A DNA stretch of 63,790 nt, filler included, from Basidiobolus ranarum (GCA_040143965.1; 14 parts of 14 records of this genome joined end to end with filler, not necessarily neighbours in it), one strand, 5' to 3'. Shown: positions 50,899 to 63,790, numbered from the whole stretch's first letter. Numbers and translations are program-made. The notes: generated from the sequence alone by a model not told the origin.

Positions 50899-51783
50899 AT
50901 GTCTTCTAACAGCATCACCCATCCCTTGATCCAAGACGGTTGGTTCAGAGAGAACTGTACTCTGTGGCCTGGACAAGCTATGTCCCTTGAGGTCGCTGAA
51001 GTTCTTCACCACGAGAAATCCCTTTACCAAGATGTCTTGGTTTTCCAATCCAAGAACTACGGAAATGTTTTGGTCTTGGACGGAGTTATCCAAGCAACTG
51101 AGAGAGATGAGTTTTCTTATCAAGAAATGATTGCTCATCTTCCTTTGATGGCTCATCCTAACCCTAAGAGAGTGCTCGTTATTGGCGGTGGTGATGGTGG
51201 TGTTCTTCGTGAAGTTGTCAAGCACGAATGTGTTGAAGAAGTAGTACTTTGCGAAATTGACGAAGCTGTTCCTCGCAACGCTAAGAAGTACCTTCCTTCC
51301 ATGGCTGTTGGTTTCCAACACCCTAAGGTTACCGTTCATATTGGTGATGGTTTCCCTTACTTGGAAGATAAGGTTAACACCTTTGATGTTATTATCACCG
51401 ATTCCTCCGACCCAGTTGGCCCAGCCGAATCTTTGTACCAGGAAAGATTCTACCATTTGATGAAGGGCGCCCTCCGTGAAGGTGGTATTGTTTGCACTCA
51501 AGGAGAATGCATGTGGTTGCATCTTCCTCTTATCAAGAAGGTTTTGGACTTCTCCAAGGAGATGTACCCTGTGGTTGAATATGCCTACACCACCATCCCT
51601 ACCTATCCCTCTGGACAAATTGGATTCATTATGTGCTGTAAGGAAGAAGGTAGAAGCTTGAAAAAGCCTACCAGAACCTGGACCGCTGAAGAGGAAGCCA
51701 AGCTATGCAAATACTACAACGCTGCTATCCACGAAGCATCATTTGTCTTACCCCAATTTGCCAAATCTTTCTTGAACGAATAA
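50899..51783 (+). CDS. SPE3: Spermidine synthase (putrescine aminopropyltransferase), intronless
   Basis: GWFRE...[66 protein letters not shown] 50899 ([11 protein letters not shown]) is the likely start. Confidence 0.98.
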   Translation: MSSNSITHPLIQDGWFRENCTLWPGQAMSLEVAEVLHHEKSLYQDVLVFQSKNYGNVLVLDGVIQATERDEFSYQEMIAHLPLMAHPNPKRVLVIGGGDGGVLREVVKHECVEEVVLCEIDEAVPRNAKKYLPSMAVGFQHPKVTVHIGDGFPYLEDKVNTFDVIITDSSDPVGPAESLYQERFYHLMKGALREGGIVCTQGECMWLHLPLIKKVLDFSKEMYPVVEYAYTTIPTYPSGQIGFIMCCKEEGRSLKKPTRTWTAEEEAKLCKYYNAAIHEASFVLPQFAKSFLNE

Positions 51784-53109
51784 GACACTTTTATCAGTTG
51801 TCCGTTCTATGTAAATTCTCACTTTCCCTACTCCCACCCACCCACCTTCCTTTCTCAACTCCTTTTTCGCTTAGATTTGAAATAGATATCCATTATTTTC
51901 AATCGAAACCAATCCTACAACAAGAAAATTTTTATGAACGGAAGAAAATTGTTTATCATGAATTTTTATTTGATTTCTGCTATTCTCGGTAAAATAGTAA
52001 CTGAAAGGATTATTCCATAGATAGATTTGGTTCATAGTCACGATAAGCCTTGGACAGGTTGGGTTAGGCCAAGTAGATGGGATGATGATCTCAGCCGAGG
52101 CGATTGGTATCTTTCACACTCGCTTTCATTCACTCGAATACTCTGATCAGGCGGATAATCCTATTGCCTACGGCTTTAGAATACCTACTTCCAATCATAA
52201 TATTACGGATTGGTATATTACAGATCATCGTGTCCTGTTATCTTTTATGCCAGCGATCATTCCCATTTGTGAGTGGTTTCATTTCTAATTCTTGAGTGTT
52301 GGGGTGGTCACATTGAATGTTATATTGTCTTGTGATAGCTTAACAGGTTCGTAGTGAGAATAGTGTATGTTTAGTCGGATATGTGACATCGTGTAGCCAT
52401 GGAAAGTGTATATATAAATATTCGGTGTTGTGGTAAGTATTACAGTCACATCATTTACAGTCATATCATTTACAGTCATATTCGAAAGATATCTCGAATG
52501 GTACAGTAAAACGACATCAGTTACAATAGCATTTCTCCCAGAACTTCTATACAAGTTCTTGTCCTCTCTTCTAGCATGCTCCGATCTGCTGAGTGTAATA
52601 GTACCTGGAATGAATTGGATATATAGCTTTGTAGTAGCTGTTGACATACAGATGAATGCTAAGAGGAGTATATTCTCAAATAAAGCTGGGGAAATCGATG
52701 GCGAAGTTAGATCAAGTTTATGGATAATGAGCTTTTTGAATATATCAGCAGTTTTGCTACAGGATACATCTGAATACTGTATCTTCTACATGTTGTAATT
52801 TTCACGCTATATAGAGAACGAATACACTAGCACAGATCTATCTGTATTTACTAATTAAACGCAGAGACAATCAAAAATAATATATATTGGTTATAGTTCT
52901 TTATGTTTATAGTTGCAGCAAACAAGGTTGTGATGTCACTAATATGCCAAGCCAGGTGTAAAAGTAGTTAAAAATAATGACAATTCATTGACATCTATTT
53001 TTCACCTTTTGTCCAGAATGAAGCCCACTATATAAATGCACTTTGACTAATTTCCATTTCTTATAATATCTTGGAAGAAATAGCTTTGAGTTATAGGTTT
53101 TGAATTTAC

Positions 53110-54592
53110 ATTCATAGTGATGGACTTGTGGTTGCATTCCATCCTCTATTTCTCCAGACCACTTTCAACAGGCTCCCAAATACATTAACAGGTTATGAGC
53201 CTCAAGCTTGCACTCTCTGTAATGTCTCCTTCTCAAATTTCTTGAACTTTGCTCACTTCTAAAAGATTGGATGGAACTATTCAACAAGTTTGAAAATTAA
53301 AATGAAAATGCTGCTGCAAGGAAAAAGACTTTGTGACAATGTTGTGGGAGAAGAAAATCATGCAAAACTATCTGAAACCAAAGTTTTACTTCAGGTCTGA
53401 AGAGAACAAAGTGCTTTTAATACATTTGTCTTAATGTTAAAGACAAAAAGTCAATTCACTGTTCAAGAGCTAAAACTGCCAAGCAGGTATGGAAAGCCTT
53501 TGAAGACACCTACCAAACCAGTTCTGCTTCCAATGAGATGTTACTAAGAAGACAATTCTCTATAGAGATTTCACAACTCTTATTAAGACAGAAACTGGAA
53601 CCGGAATCAAGAAACTATGTACCGATAATGGTGGAGAATATATTTCAACACTATTTAGTCACTATTGCAAAGTTTATGAAATTAAGCAAGAAAGTACTGT
53701 TGAAATTAGCATTGCCTAAACACCTATATAGTCATATATAGCTTGGTACTTATTTATCTCATAATTTACTAAGATATTATCCATGATTCTTAATTGGAAT
53801 TTACTTTGAATATTTCTACCAACTTAGAAGTTCTCAGATATATAAATTTTTCAAGCTTGTGCTAGAGGCCCCAAACTTTGCACACATGTTTCTGGGACCT
53901 TCCTTAACATATCCTATATGTTGGATTGGTTATATCCTGAAAAACTATAAATGTCAACTTTCAACTTAATAAATCAATAATTGAAAACCACCAATTCCTC
54001 TAATTCTCCAAACCACTTCCAACAGGCTCCCAAATACTTTAACAAGTACTGCTCTCTATTCACCTCAACAAAATGGAGTTGCTGAAAAAGCTAATAGCAC
54101 TATACAGAATTGCCAAAAGAGATAGTAATACTGCAATAGAAATGGCAAGACCTATGATAAATGCACAATATTTATCTCCTAATTTTTGGTGGAATATGTT
54201 GCTACAGCAGTTGATCTGTAGAATAGGAGTTATACTCAAGGTCTGTCTAACTCTACAGCATATTGAGCTTGGTTTGGAGTTCCACCTGATGTAAAACATT
54301 GGAGTATCTTTGGATGCATTGCTTGTGTGAAAACTATGACCAAAAATGTTCAAAATTTGGTCCAAAAAGGAAGAAATGAATAATTCTGAGTTATTATACT
54401 CAAGCTAAGGCCTATGGACTCTATGATATCAAAATTTAAATCTTAATCAAGTCCAAGGATGTTTTGTTTGATGAAAATGAAAACTTTTGACCCAAAATGA
54501 TCTCAGATGATGACAAAAATCAATTTTCTCCTGTTCCAATCATTCATATTGAATCAAACCAAAATAAGGAAGAAATCAACATACCTATGAAC
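53110..54592 (+). mobile_element. Internally deleted copia family A element: LTR end, PBS, gag start, integrase
   Basis: PBS GGTTATGAGCC at 53191; gag AKTAKQVWKAFED; RTDNGGEY and YSPQQNGVAEK integrase motifs. Confidence 0.88.
53698..54044 (+). mobile_element. Solo LTR family A with 5-bp TSD AGTAC, nested in copia integrase
   Basis: AGTAC at 53693-53697 and 54045-54049; TG..CA ends; 347 bp. Confidence 0.92.
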
Positions 54593-54701
54593 TGTTGAAA
54601 TTAGCATTGCCTAAACACCTATATAGTCATATATAACTTGGTAATTAGTTATCTTATAACTCACTAAGATATTATCAATTATTCTCAATTGGAATTTACT
54701 T
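54593..54701 (+). mobile_element. Partial LTR family A (contig end)
   Basis: Starts TGTTGAAATTAGCATTGCC like 53698. Confidence 0.8.
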
Positions 54702-54801
54702 NNNNNNNNNNNNNNNNNNNNNNNNNNNNNNNNNNNNNNNNNNNNTTAATTAATTAANNNNNNNNNNNNNNNNNNNNNNNNNNNNNNNNNNNNNNNNNNN
54801 N

Positions 54802-55570
54802 TGAACTAACACAAGATTGCCAAGAAGGGATGGCACAGCAGATATGATGTCATAATCTAATAATAGAAGAGTTCTATTTGCAGTGGATCAGTATGCCAAG
54901 ATCAGAATCATGACACCAATCATGGTGAACTGTTGTACTATCTTTGAATTCAAATTAGGATAGATCATACTACCAAAGCAATAACTTTAAACCATTCTAA
55001 GTATATCCTAGATGTTCTAAAGAAGTTTATAATGGAAGCATAAAATCCAGTATCCACCCCAATGGAGATAAATCATGACTTGACTAAAATGGCCCAAGTT
55101 GGATGTTGTTTGATTCAAATGAAAGCCAGAAGCCTCCTTATCATTCAATGATTGGTAGTTTGATATATAGTATGGCTGGAACACAGCCAGAGATTACATA
55201 TTCTGTGTGAGTTATGTGTCAATATCTCCAAAATTAAGGATCTGATCAAATCATAGCAGTTAAGTGGATTTTCAGATATTTGAAAGGTACTGTGGATTAA
55301 TCCTTAAAATACACATATACTGGATCAAACTTGGATCTGATGGGAGAGTCAGATGCAAATTGGGGAAGAGTTATTCACAACAGGAGATCTACAACAGGAT
55401 GCTTATTTCTTAACTCTAATGGAGCTATTTCTTGAAATTCGAAGAAACAACCTATCTTAGCACTTTCAACCACAGAAGCAGAATACATGGCTGCCAGTGA
55501 AGCAACAAAAGAAGCAGTATGGTTTTGAAAACTCTTGACAGACTTAAGCTATTCTCAATATTCATAGGCC
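54802..55570 (+). mobile_element. LTR-E end (54802-54915) followed by copia family A RT/RNase H remnant
   Basis: PYHSMIGSL, KWIFRYLKGT, SKKQPILALSTTEAEYMAASEATKEAVW. Confidence 0.85.
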
Positions 55571-56544
55571 ATTCCAAAGCAACTAAGAATTCTCTTCATT
55601 ACAAATAGGAATGGAGAGTTTACATGTAGGGAGGCCCTGAGAAGAATTGGCTAGGGCATGGATGAAAAAAGCTATCCAAGTTTGAGCTTTCTATAATTAT
55701 GGTTGGTTAATTAAGTCAAGTTTTCTCCATTTTAAGTTTTGATATGTACAAAAGAAGTAAATATTCCTAAGATTTCAAGTAAGCAAACAGTTCTATCAAA
55801 TCTCATAACATATTAAGATATGGAGTCTGATTATAGGATATTCATCAGACTAGATATTTCAATTTTATCATTACTGACTAAATTCCTCCAAACAAATGTG
55901 CCATCTCCATAAATTGCCAGCATGAAGTATAATTTCAAACATTGAGAGTAGAATTGGTCATATTATCAATATTGAATATCAAGATGTTACCTAGTCATTT
56001 TTAATTGCTATCAATGCTTCTAAATATGCCAAAAGAGAAGTTCATGGGCAAATCTATGAAGTTCTTGAGTACTTGACTGCCTTAGGATTCTAGATGATGG
56101 AGAGTACAAAACTCAACTATGCAGGACATGATGAGAAGTTGCTTGCATTGATTTAATTACTTTAAAATCTGAAAATGCTACTTGAAATGAGCAAGACGCA
56201 GCATAAAGATGTACCAAGTCCCACTGAAAAAGTTGATAAATACTTTAGTACCATGGTTTTTGGAGAACCAAACTCAGAATCAGTATGTTATTGCGTATTT
56301 CTGCCAAACTGTTGATTTAGAGTTAACGATAGTAGTTGAAAGAGTTTAACAATTGGATTTATAGCATTGATACAACTGTAATATATTCAGTATTGTGTGA
56401 GGATTCTATTGTTATTCCAAGAAGGTATAATTACATTCTTTGCGGCTGAGACCTTGCAAAAGTTCATGTAAGAAATATTGCATGAAAAACTGGGGAGAGG
56501 TTGAAAGGGATAGGTGGAGAGATCGGAATCCACTATATACCTGG

Positions 56545-57955
56545 TTAATCCATTTTCCAGTGGTCTACTATAGATGGGTTATCTTCATGAGCAAAGAACA
56601 CGGCATCTACATAGACAGCAAGTGACCAAATAATATTAAGCCATTGCCAAAACTGAGAATAAGCAGTAAAGTAGCCATAATGCGACATGAGAGAATAGGT
56701 GTACATCGCTACAAATAATGGCTTAATAAGCAAGCCGAGGATGGAAGTGAAAGAGATGCTCGTCTACAAATCATATAATGGTTAGGTGATGAAAGAACTC
56801 GGCAACTTTGAAAGGTTTATCTAAAATTACTTCAAATGGATCCTCTTCATCGCCATTACGAAGTACGGAAATGATCCTGATACCGGCGTATATAATCCCA
56901 AACCGATAAAACAACGAAATGATGAATTGATCGGAAACCGACCAGAAGAATGAGAACATGTTGCTGAATAGTTTCGAGATGTGAAGCACCACCGCTCTCC
57001 AGTCCAAGCTAACATCAAGAAAAATGTTTAGTCCAGATGTCAAGGTATATTGGGAACCCTTAGAAGTGAACACTACCTGAGAACTTGGAGATAATCCCAG
57101 TCAAGTCCAGGTTGCTCAATATGAATAGGTGTCTCGTTTAGAGGGTTTGAGATCATCCAGAAATTAAACGTGATGTAAGCAATCTACACGTAGCGTTAGT
57201 ATCATTCAGAAAAAATCAATTCCTGGTTCAACTTACAAGTAATGCTGAGTCTATGATACTATTCTTTTCTAAATGCATAGCCAAAGCAGACAAAGCGACA
57301 GCGCAAGTGATCAAACTACCCATAAAAAACCCATACGTACTAGAGAGAGTAGCACTTAGAATCCCTTTAATTCCGAATCCGGAAAATATAAGAATACCAA
57401 CTGCACTACCTAAGAATAAAGACTATATTCGAACTGAATACTTGGAAAGTGAAAGCGGAATTGATTGTTAAGAATTTTACCTGGGTGCCTTCTTTTATCT
57501 GGACAATACGGTTAACCACTTTGCCTATTTCCGAAAATACAACAACACTAGCCAATCCTTCCAGGAGAATTGAAATAGGCAGAGCTAACTGAAGAAATAG
57601 CTGCCAGGGTGAGATTATCAAATACTGTAAAGCCTCTGTTGCCTCAAATAAACGAGGGCCGGTAGTCACTAGACTAACTGTAAGGAAGGCCTCTAGTGTG
57701 CTAAGTATACCACCCTGTTAGAACATCGTCAGTCTTGCTACTTTTTTAGGGAAATACTCAAATCTAATAACTCACTATCCCCAACGATGAAGTTAGAACT
57801 CGAGCAATGCTGAAAGTTAAAAATAGCAGGAATTGCAATGCCGACAAAAACAGTCCATACTCTTTTCCAGAAAGCTCAAAGGCTAGAGTGAGCGTAATAA
57901 AGACAAATCCGAATTTACTGAGACTGAATATTGATTTGAACAACCAAAATAACAT
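56545..57955 (-). CDS. ICE2: ER membrane protein Ice2 (multi-pass)
   Basis: About six GT-AG exons; LAFELSGKEYGL, PISILLEGLASVVVFSEIG, KNSIIDSALL.AYITFNFW, ISLFYRFGIIYAGIRII, PLFVAMYTYSLMSH, FWQWLNI match Ice2 family motifs. Confidence 0.8.
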
Positions 57956-58520
57956 TTCTGCTTGTGCTTGATTTAGCAAGCTAAGTGTATGATAGAGTAC
58001 AAAAAAGATTTAAAGTCACTATATCCTGCAAGAGCATTGATATTCCTTCAAAACAATCCCAAATTATCGTAAACATTGTCGTAATCTTTAATGCTGATTG
58101 GACAAAGCCCTAATGTAAGTTTGATGCCCATTCTTGTTTAACCAGGAATTGCCATTCAAAAATAGAGTAGATTGATCTCCTCGATATATTCATATTATAA
58201 TGAATTTGGAGAATGCCGTTTTTATTCTGGTCTATTCCTCTCCTCTAAACAACCAGTTCAATTCACTTTGATTTAGGTTTGCATTCTCTGGTAATAGGAT
58301 TGTCTTATTATCCATATTTCTGGGTTGGTAATTGCTGCTTTATTGGAGTTATAGATAATCAAGCAGGGTATAGGTTTATTTCCAGTTTTTGTAAAAGCAA
58401 ATAGAGTAAACGCTGCATTCCTTAGTAAATACTTCGGCTTCAAAGACATCCTCCTTACATAAAATGGTTACTTTTCCATATTGAACTTTCGTATGGATAG
58501 GGATTTATCGTTAACAGATT

Positions 58521-59248
58521 TTAAAACGCGTGTCGTTGAAAATCATGCCACAGGATTTTAGGAAGTTTGATTCCTTTTGGTAGGAGGACACGATCGATAA
58601 CATGTATAACACCATTCTCCACAACACCGTCAGCTACAAGGACTCGTGCTTGTCTGTTCACAGTTATTTCGATCTCATCGTGGTATTCATCATCAATCAC
58701 CTCAAGTTGGAATTTTTCTCCACATAATTTTGATGGGAAATCCACTTTGTAAATAGTTTCATCGTACTCTTCATCCAATCTGTCGTGAAATTCAGGGCTA
58801 TGCTCGTTTCGCTCAGGCTCTTGAGTTATGCATTTTCCTTTGTCCGCTTTAGTATTGTGGTTTTCGATATTCGCCAATTCTTCCTTTAAATCATCCCAGC
58901 TTTCACTACGACGGCGTGAGATGGTGTCATGTTGTGAACAGTTTCCAGCTAGACAGTCACTACTACAGTCATCTTGATTTTCTTCGAGTGCCACATTACT
59001 TTCAGAGTCTTGATGCTTCGATATATAATCATTGATATCTTCATTTCTATGTTGAGAGTAACGATCTCTCTCTTCATCCTCCCAGTGTCCTCCGCGCCTG
59101 GGTAATCTACCCTCAGGCTGATCATCCCTACGTCTTCCACCACCACGTCTGGGTGGGAATCGGTCGTCTGGTTCATCGTCCCAATGTCTTCCATCACGTC
59201 TGGGTGGGAATCGATCCTCTGGCTCATCGTCCCAATGTCTTCCATCAC
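58521..59248 (-). CDS. Fasciclin (FAS1) domain protein with charged repeat insertion, 5' truncated
   Basis: Frame open from contig edge to TAA; FAS1 H2 motif VNRQARVLVADGVVENGVIHVIDRVLLP. Confidence 0.85.
59143..59248 (-). repeat. 51-nt coding tandem repeat (DGRHWDDEP[E/D]DRFPPRR), two full copies plus degenerate ones
   Basis: Direct repeats visible on the + strand as CATCGTCCCAATGTCTTCCATCAC; the contig breaks inside the array. Confidence 0.9.
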
Positions 59249-59348
59249 NNNNNNNNNNNNNNNNNNNNNNNNNNNNNNNNNNNNNNNNNNNNTTAATTAA
59301 TTAANNNNNNNNNNNNNNNNNNNNNNNNNNNNNNNNNNNNNNNNNNNN

Positions 59349-59840
59349 TGACTAAATAATGTTGACTAACTAATATGTGATATATGATATAGTTAGGTGT
59401 ATAAAGATAGCGATACCAAATATGATAAAGACAATAAACTTCAACAATTTCTGCCCTATCAGTGACCACTGAACAAGACTGTAGGTTGTGGTATATTGAT
59501 TCTGGAGCCTCTCAATGTTTCTCTAATCAAAAAAACTGGTTTAAGACGCTTAAAACTGACATAAACAAGAAGGTTTATATGGAAGATGACCAGCCACTAA
59601 AAGCTCTGGGAGTGGGAGAAATTGAAGTGAATCTTGGGGGCATCTCTGGGGACATGTATTTGACACTGAAAAGCATGCTATATGTGCCTGGGATAGCAAA
59701 ACATTTGTTATCAGTGAGTAAAGCTACATCTGAGGGATATAGCTTCAATTTTGATCAAAATGGCTGTACAATCAGGGATCAAAAAGGGAGTTACATAGCT
59801 TCTGGATCTAAGCAAAATAACTTGTATAAACTTCATTATA
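59349..59840 (+). mobile_element. LTR-C end (59349-59446, minus) inserted next to a copia protease fragment
   Basis: WYIDSGASQ, LYVPGIAKHLLSVSK, NNLYKL. Confidence 0.88.
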
Positions 59841-59849
59841 TTAGGCCAA

Positions 59850-60820
59850 TGAGTTTGAACTCTGCTTTCCACTTGCCAAATTCTTCACACCAGTACAAAG
59901 ATCTGTATTTCCAGAGTAGGATATTACAGCAGTTGAGGTGGCAAAGTGGTGTAGTTGTTTTAAGATGTCAGCAGCAATCATAACTGCAAAATATATTAAG
60001 GGTTTTGTGAGGTGTCCCAAGGGTCCAATAATCATAGTTGAATAGCTCTGGAATATATTATAATATGGGTTTGTCTCTTGCCTCTTGGGTCTTTGTGAGA
60101 AGGAAATCAAGCCTCCAGGAGGATCTAAGAATGGATAAGCAACAATGCAATGTCCAGCTTTCTGTTGAATAATATGCTGCTTCAGCATCCTGCAAGAATG
60201 ATCTGAAGAAAAGAGTGCATCCTATCAAAAACAACTATAAACTTGGCCAGCAGTGTCTTGCATGAGGATGCACCATTGTGTTTTACCCAAGGATATGAAA
60301 AAGTCCTTTCTAGTAACATAGTAGCCTGTGACTGTCTCTAGTAGTCTCTCTTGAGCTTCCTGTTCAAAAATCTTGTAAGCAGTGATTAAAATAAGGTGTG
60401 ATCACAAGTAGTCATTGTTAGTTGAAAAACACAATAATTTTTATTGAAAAGATATGGCTTCTGTTTGAACTTTTGTGAAGGTAGAATTGATAACTAATGA
60501 GAATTCCTGGAAAGTTCCAGAGAGGTTTATTTGTGGGGATCTAGTAGAATCAAATTTTGATTGATCAAATTTCACTCAGTTATCAAATATTCCAAGAATC
60601 TTTGGGAATGTTCTAGAAGATTATAGAAATTTCAAGAAAATAACAGGGCAAACATGGGTTGATACTTGTGAATCTCAAATAATAGGGGAAAGTACTAATA
60701 GTGTGATAAGATTTTCTAAAAAATATGGATAATTAAACAGAAATAGTTGATTAGTTATGATAAGAGCTGGGAATTGAAATAAGTCAACCTGCTAGTGGGT
60801 AGCAATATAGCCCCATCACA
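59850..60820 (-). repeat. Second copy of unclassified repeat family F
   Basis: Inverted homology with 47625-48700 (shared pseudo-ORF HIIQQK.G.CIV.Y and SQRPK.QET.P.Y..FQSYST). Confidence 0.7.
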
Positions 60821-62048
60821 CTATTTGAAATTCTGGGCAATTGCCAAACACTTCTGTCACTATTTACATTATCATATTTTTACTGCTTAGTGTGTCAATC
60901 ATAATCAAAATGAATTGTATTTAAGTATGTCACAAAACTCTTCATTTTGCTGTCAATCATTTATGCTCCTATGAAATACTGCTGGCTCAAAATCCTCTTA
61001 CATCAAAGGAGTGCAAATATATCCAATGAATCATGCAATTTCATCACAAATAAATGAAAAGTCAGTCAATAAAAATCTTGTGCAAATATGATGACTTGAT
61101 TCTCTTCAGTTCATAACATGTTCACTTAAGTAGAAGCTTGTGTAATTCAATGAACAAATTGCTAATCCAAAAATGATGCTAAAGAAATCCTAACCAAGAT
61201 TATCTCATGGCCTGATTGTAGAGCAAGATATTGTATCAGCAAGAGATTAAGGATTGGCCTATAAATATACAAATGTCTTGCTCATTCATATAATTGAGTA
61301 ATATGAATTGAAAGTAGTATCTTGTTACGTATACATATTTCAAAAAATTTCCAACTGGGCATGAAGATGCACTATTCATTACACCAAGTTTCAATTCCCT
61401 ATTTTTAAACTGGATAACACAAAACAAGCTGGCACAATATTTCCAAAAGTATCACTGGGTCCAATTGTGATGGAATGGTGCTATATTGCCTTGATTAGTG
61501 CTCAATTGTGTGCTAAAAGACCTGGCCAATATGACAACTGATAGTTGAAATATTGATCCAGATATTGTTTTAACAAGATAGATTGACCGGCACAATGTGA
61601 GCTGGTCTGATGGAACCAGTCAACTAACCATAGTAAATACACTTTACTTGCACAAGACCATAGCCTGAACATTGCCATCTATACCAATAATCTATTCCTG
61701 GTATCAGGCAATTGGAAGAAGCTGGAACCTATAAAGGAGGAACCATCTTCATAATTGGAGACAACAGATCTCAAGGAAAATCAACAGTATGTAAAATTTC
61801 AATTCACTTGGAACAGAACTGTGGAAGTCATTAAGATAAATCAGATGAGTAACAATAAGGGAATCATGGCCAGATTCAAGAAGCTATATTGTAACAGTGT
61901 GTCAACACCAATGGTTATCAATATTGAGCTCACTGTGTAAGTATATTCCAATCAACCCTGGAAAAAGAAGAAATGCATACTATCTTATACCAAGCAGCTG
62001 TCAGAAATTAAATGTTTACAAAGGTAATACTAAGGTATGACACTGACA

Positions 62049-62429
62049 TGTTGAAATTGGATAAATAGCAACTCTTTATTTAGCAGTTAGTTTATTCATA
62101 TTCTGTTTACTTAGTACTCAATTCTGTCATTCAAAAACATTTGTTTATTGCTTTGATTGATAGAAATATCAATTAGATCACTTTTATCAATTTTCACCAT
62201 TTTCTCAAAACTTCTCCAAATCATCACAAATTTCCACTCACATTTGACAGGCATGTTTGTTATGAGCTAAGCATATCCAATAGTCCTATCTCATAGTAAA
62301 CTATAAATAGCACATATTCAATTCAATAAAACCCCAGTGTCTAATTCACAAATCCAAATCTTGTCCAAAACATATCCAAATCCCCTAAGCACTTTTATCA
62401 GGTTATAAGCTTCAAGCTAGCTGTGAAAG
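62049..62429 (+). mobile_element. LTR family B (62049-62400) with degenerate PBS, interrupted by a family A element
   Basis: TGTTGAAATT..TTTTATCA then GGTTATAAGCTTCAAGCTAGC. Confidence 0.85.
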
Positions 62430-63790
62430 TGTTAAAGTATTTGGGATCCTGTTGGAAGTGGCTTGGAGTATTAGAGAAATTGGTGGTTCTCACTTATTGA
62501 TTTATTGAGTAGAAAGCTGACATTTATAGCTTTGACATGATGTAAACAAACTAACATGTAGAATGTGTTAAGGAAGGTCCCAGGAACTTGTGTGCAAAGT
62601 TTGGGGCTTCTAGCACAAGTTTGAAAAGTCTATATATCTGAGAACTTCTAAGTTGGTAAAAATCTTCTAAGTAAATTCTTACTGAGAATAATTGATGATA
62701 TCTTAGTGAATTATAAGATAACCAAGTACCAAGCTATATATGACTATATAGATGTTTAGGCAATGCTAAATTCAACACTCTCCTTCAACTAAATAGTCAT
62801 ATAAAGTAATCCTAATAAAGGTCTAAATTTCTCAAATTTCTGTCTAGTTAATGGTTTGTTTAATATATCAGCAATCATATCTTCTGTAGAACAATAAGTT
62901 AAGTCAATAAAATTATTCTCTATAGTCTCTCTAATAAAGTGATGCTTAATATGTATATGTTTGCTTCTATTATGAAATGTGGGATTTTTAGCTAATTTGA
63001 TACAACTTTAAATATCTTTAAATATTGTAGTTGGTAAATTTTGAGAATAACCCAAATTTGTTAAGAGTTTTCTTCACTATATTGCTTCTTTTGTTGCTTC
63101 ACAGGCAGTCATATATTTAGCTTCTGTTGTTGAAGTGCTATGGTAGGTTGTTTCTTTGAATTCCAAGAGATAGCTCCTTTGCAGCAAAGAAATAAGTATC
63201 CTGTCATAGATCTCCTGTCTTCAATATCTCTTCCCCAATTTGCATGTGAATATTCCATCAAATCAAAATTTGATCCAAAATATGTGTATTTTAAGCATAG
63301 ATCCATGGTACCTTTCAAATATCTGAAAATCCACTTATCTACTATGATTTGATCAGATCCATAATTTTCAAGATATTGGCACATACCTCCCACAGAATAT
63401 GCAATACCTAGCCATGTTCCGACCAAGATATACATCCAACTACCAACCATAGATTGATATGGAAATTTCTGGCTTTCATTTGAATCCAAAAACATCCAAT
63501 TTGAGCCATTTTTGGTCAAGTTAAGATTTGTCTCCAGTGAGTAGATACTGGATTATATTCTTCCATTTTAAACTTCTTGAGTATATCTAGGATATACTTA
63601 GACTGGTTTAAAGTTATAGCTTTAGTAGCTCTATCTATCTTAATTTAGATTCCAAGATAGTATGTCAGTTCAACAAGATTAGTCATTTTGAATTTGGCAG
63701 ATAAGCTGGATTTGGTTTTCTCCAAAGTCTTCAAGTCATTGGTTGCTATAATAAGATCATCTACATATAAGGCTAATAAACTGGGTTTGT
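62430..63790 (-). mobile_element. Copia family A 3' end: RT, RNase H, PPT and 3' LTR (62430-62777)
   Basis: LYVDDLIIATNDL, YQSMVGS, ISWNSKKQPTIAL, EDMIADIL; PPT AGTTGAAGGAGAG. Confidence 0.92.

Noticed and set aside
50737..51618. 293-aa antisense ORF overlapping SPE3
   Set aside because: Shadow ORF caused by the codon bias of a highly expressed gene; no recognisable motifs
52050..52800. Overlapping ~120-aa ORFs downstream of SPE3, faintly like a fungal transcription-factor C-terminus
   Set aside because: No consistent frame or diagnostic motif
59143..59248. Direct repeats with short variable gaps resembling a CRISPR array
   Set aside because: In-frame 51-nt coding repeats in a eukaryotic gene; no unique spacers and no cas genes
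60830..61500. Possible MULE-like transposase remnant (GNIVPACFVLS)
   Set aside because: Too degenerate to assign

Overview
This window is not one locus. It is 14 unrelated ~4.44-4.48 kb contigs, sorted by decreasing length and joined by artificial 100-nt linkers (N44-TTAATTAATTAA-N44). The source is an intron-containing, AT-rich eukaryote, most likely an early-diverging fungus (Zoopagomycota/Mucoromycota-like, tentatively Basidiobolus-like; inference only). About half of the sequence is decayed, CpG-depleted, nested transposon debris: at least four Ty1/copia LTR families (three with an internal half-tRNA-iMet primer site), a Ty3/gypsy chromovirus, a CACTA/En-Spm-like transposase and an unclassified ~1 kb repeat. 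Host genes recognised: RPS3, a divergent PP2A scaffold subunit with an in-frame TAG, a hexokinase C-terminus, NADH-cytochrome b5 reductase, an FR47-like GNAT, a KH-domain protein, NIC96/Nup93, an UNC-93-like MFS C-terminus, spermidine synthase, ICE2 and a fasciclin protein. Most interesting observations: an intronless P-loop NTPase resembling Crinkler-associated CR-NTPases; an AA11-like LPMO fused to a CBM5/12 chitin-binding domain (pseudogene) next to a second CBM5/12 gene; a fasciclin protein with RR-terminated 17-aa repeats; a candidate structured ncRNA near telomere-repeat motifs; and copia primer-binding sites whose anticodon-pairing ATG is in frame with gag. All assignments come from motif recognition by eye; no searches were run.
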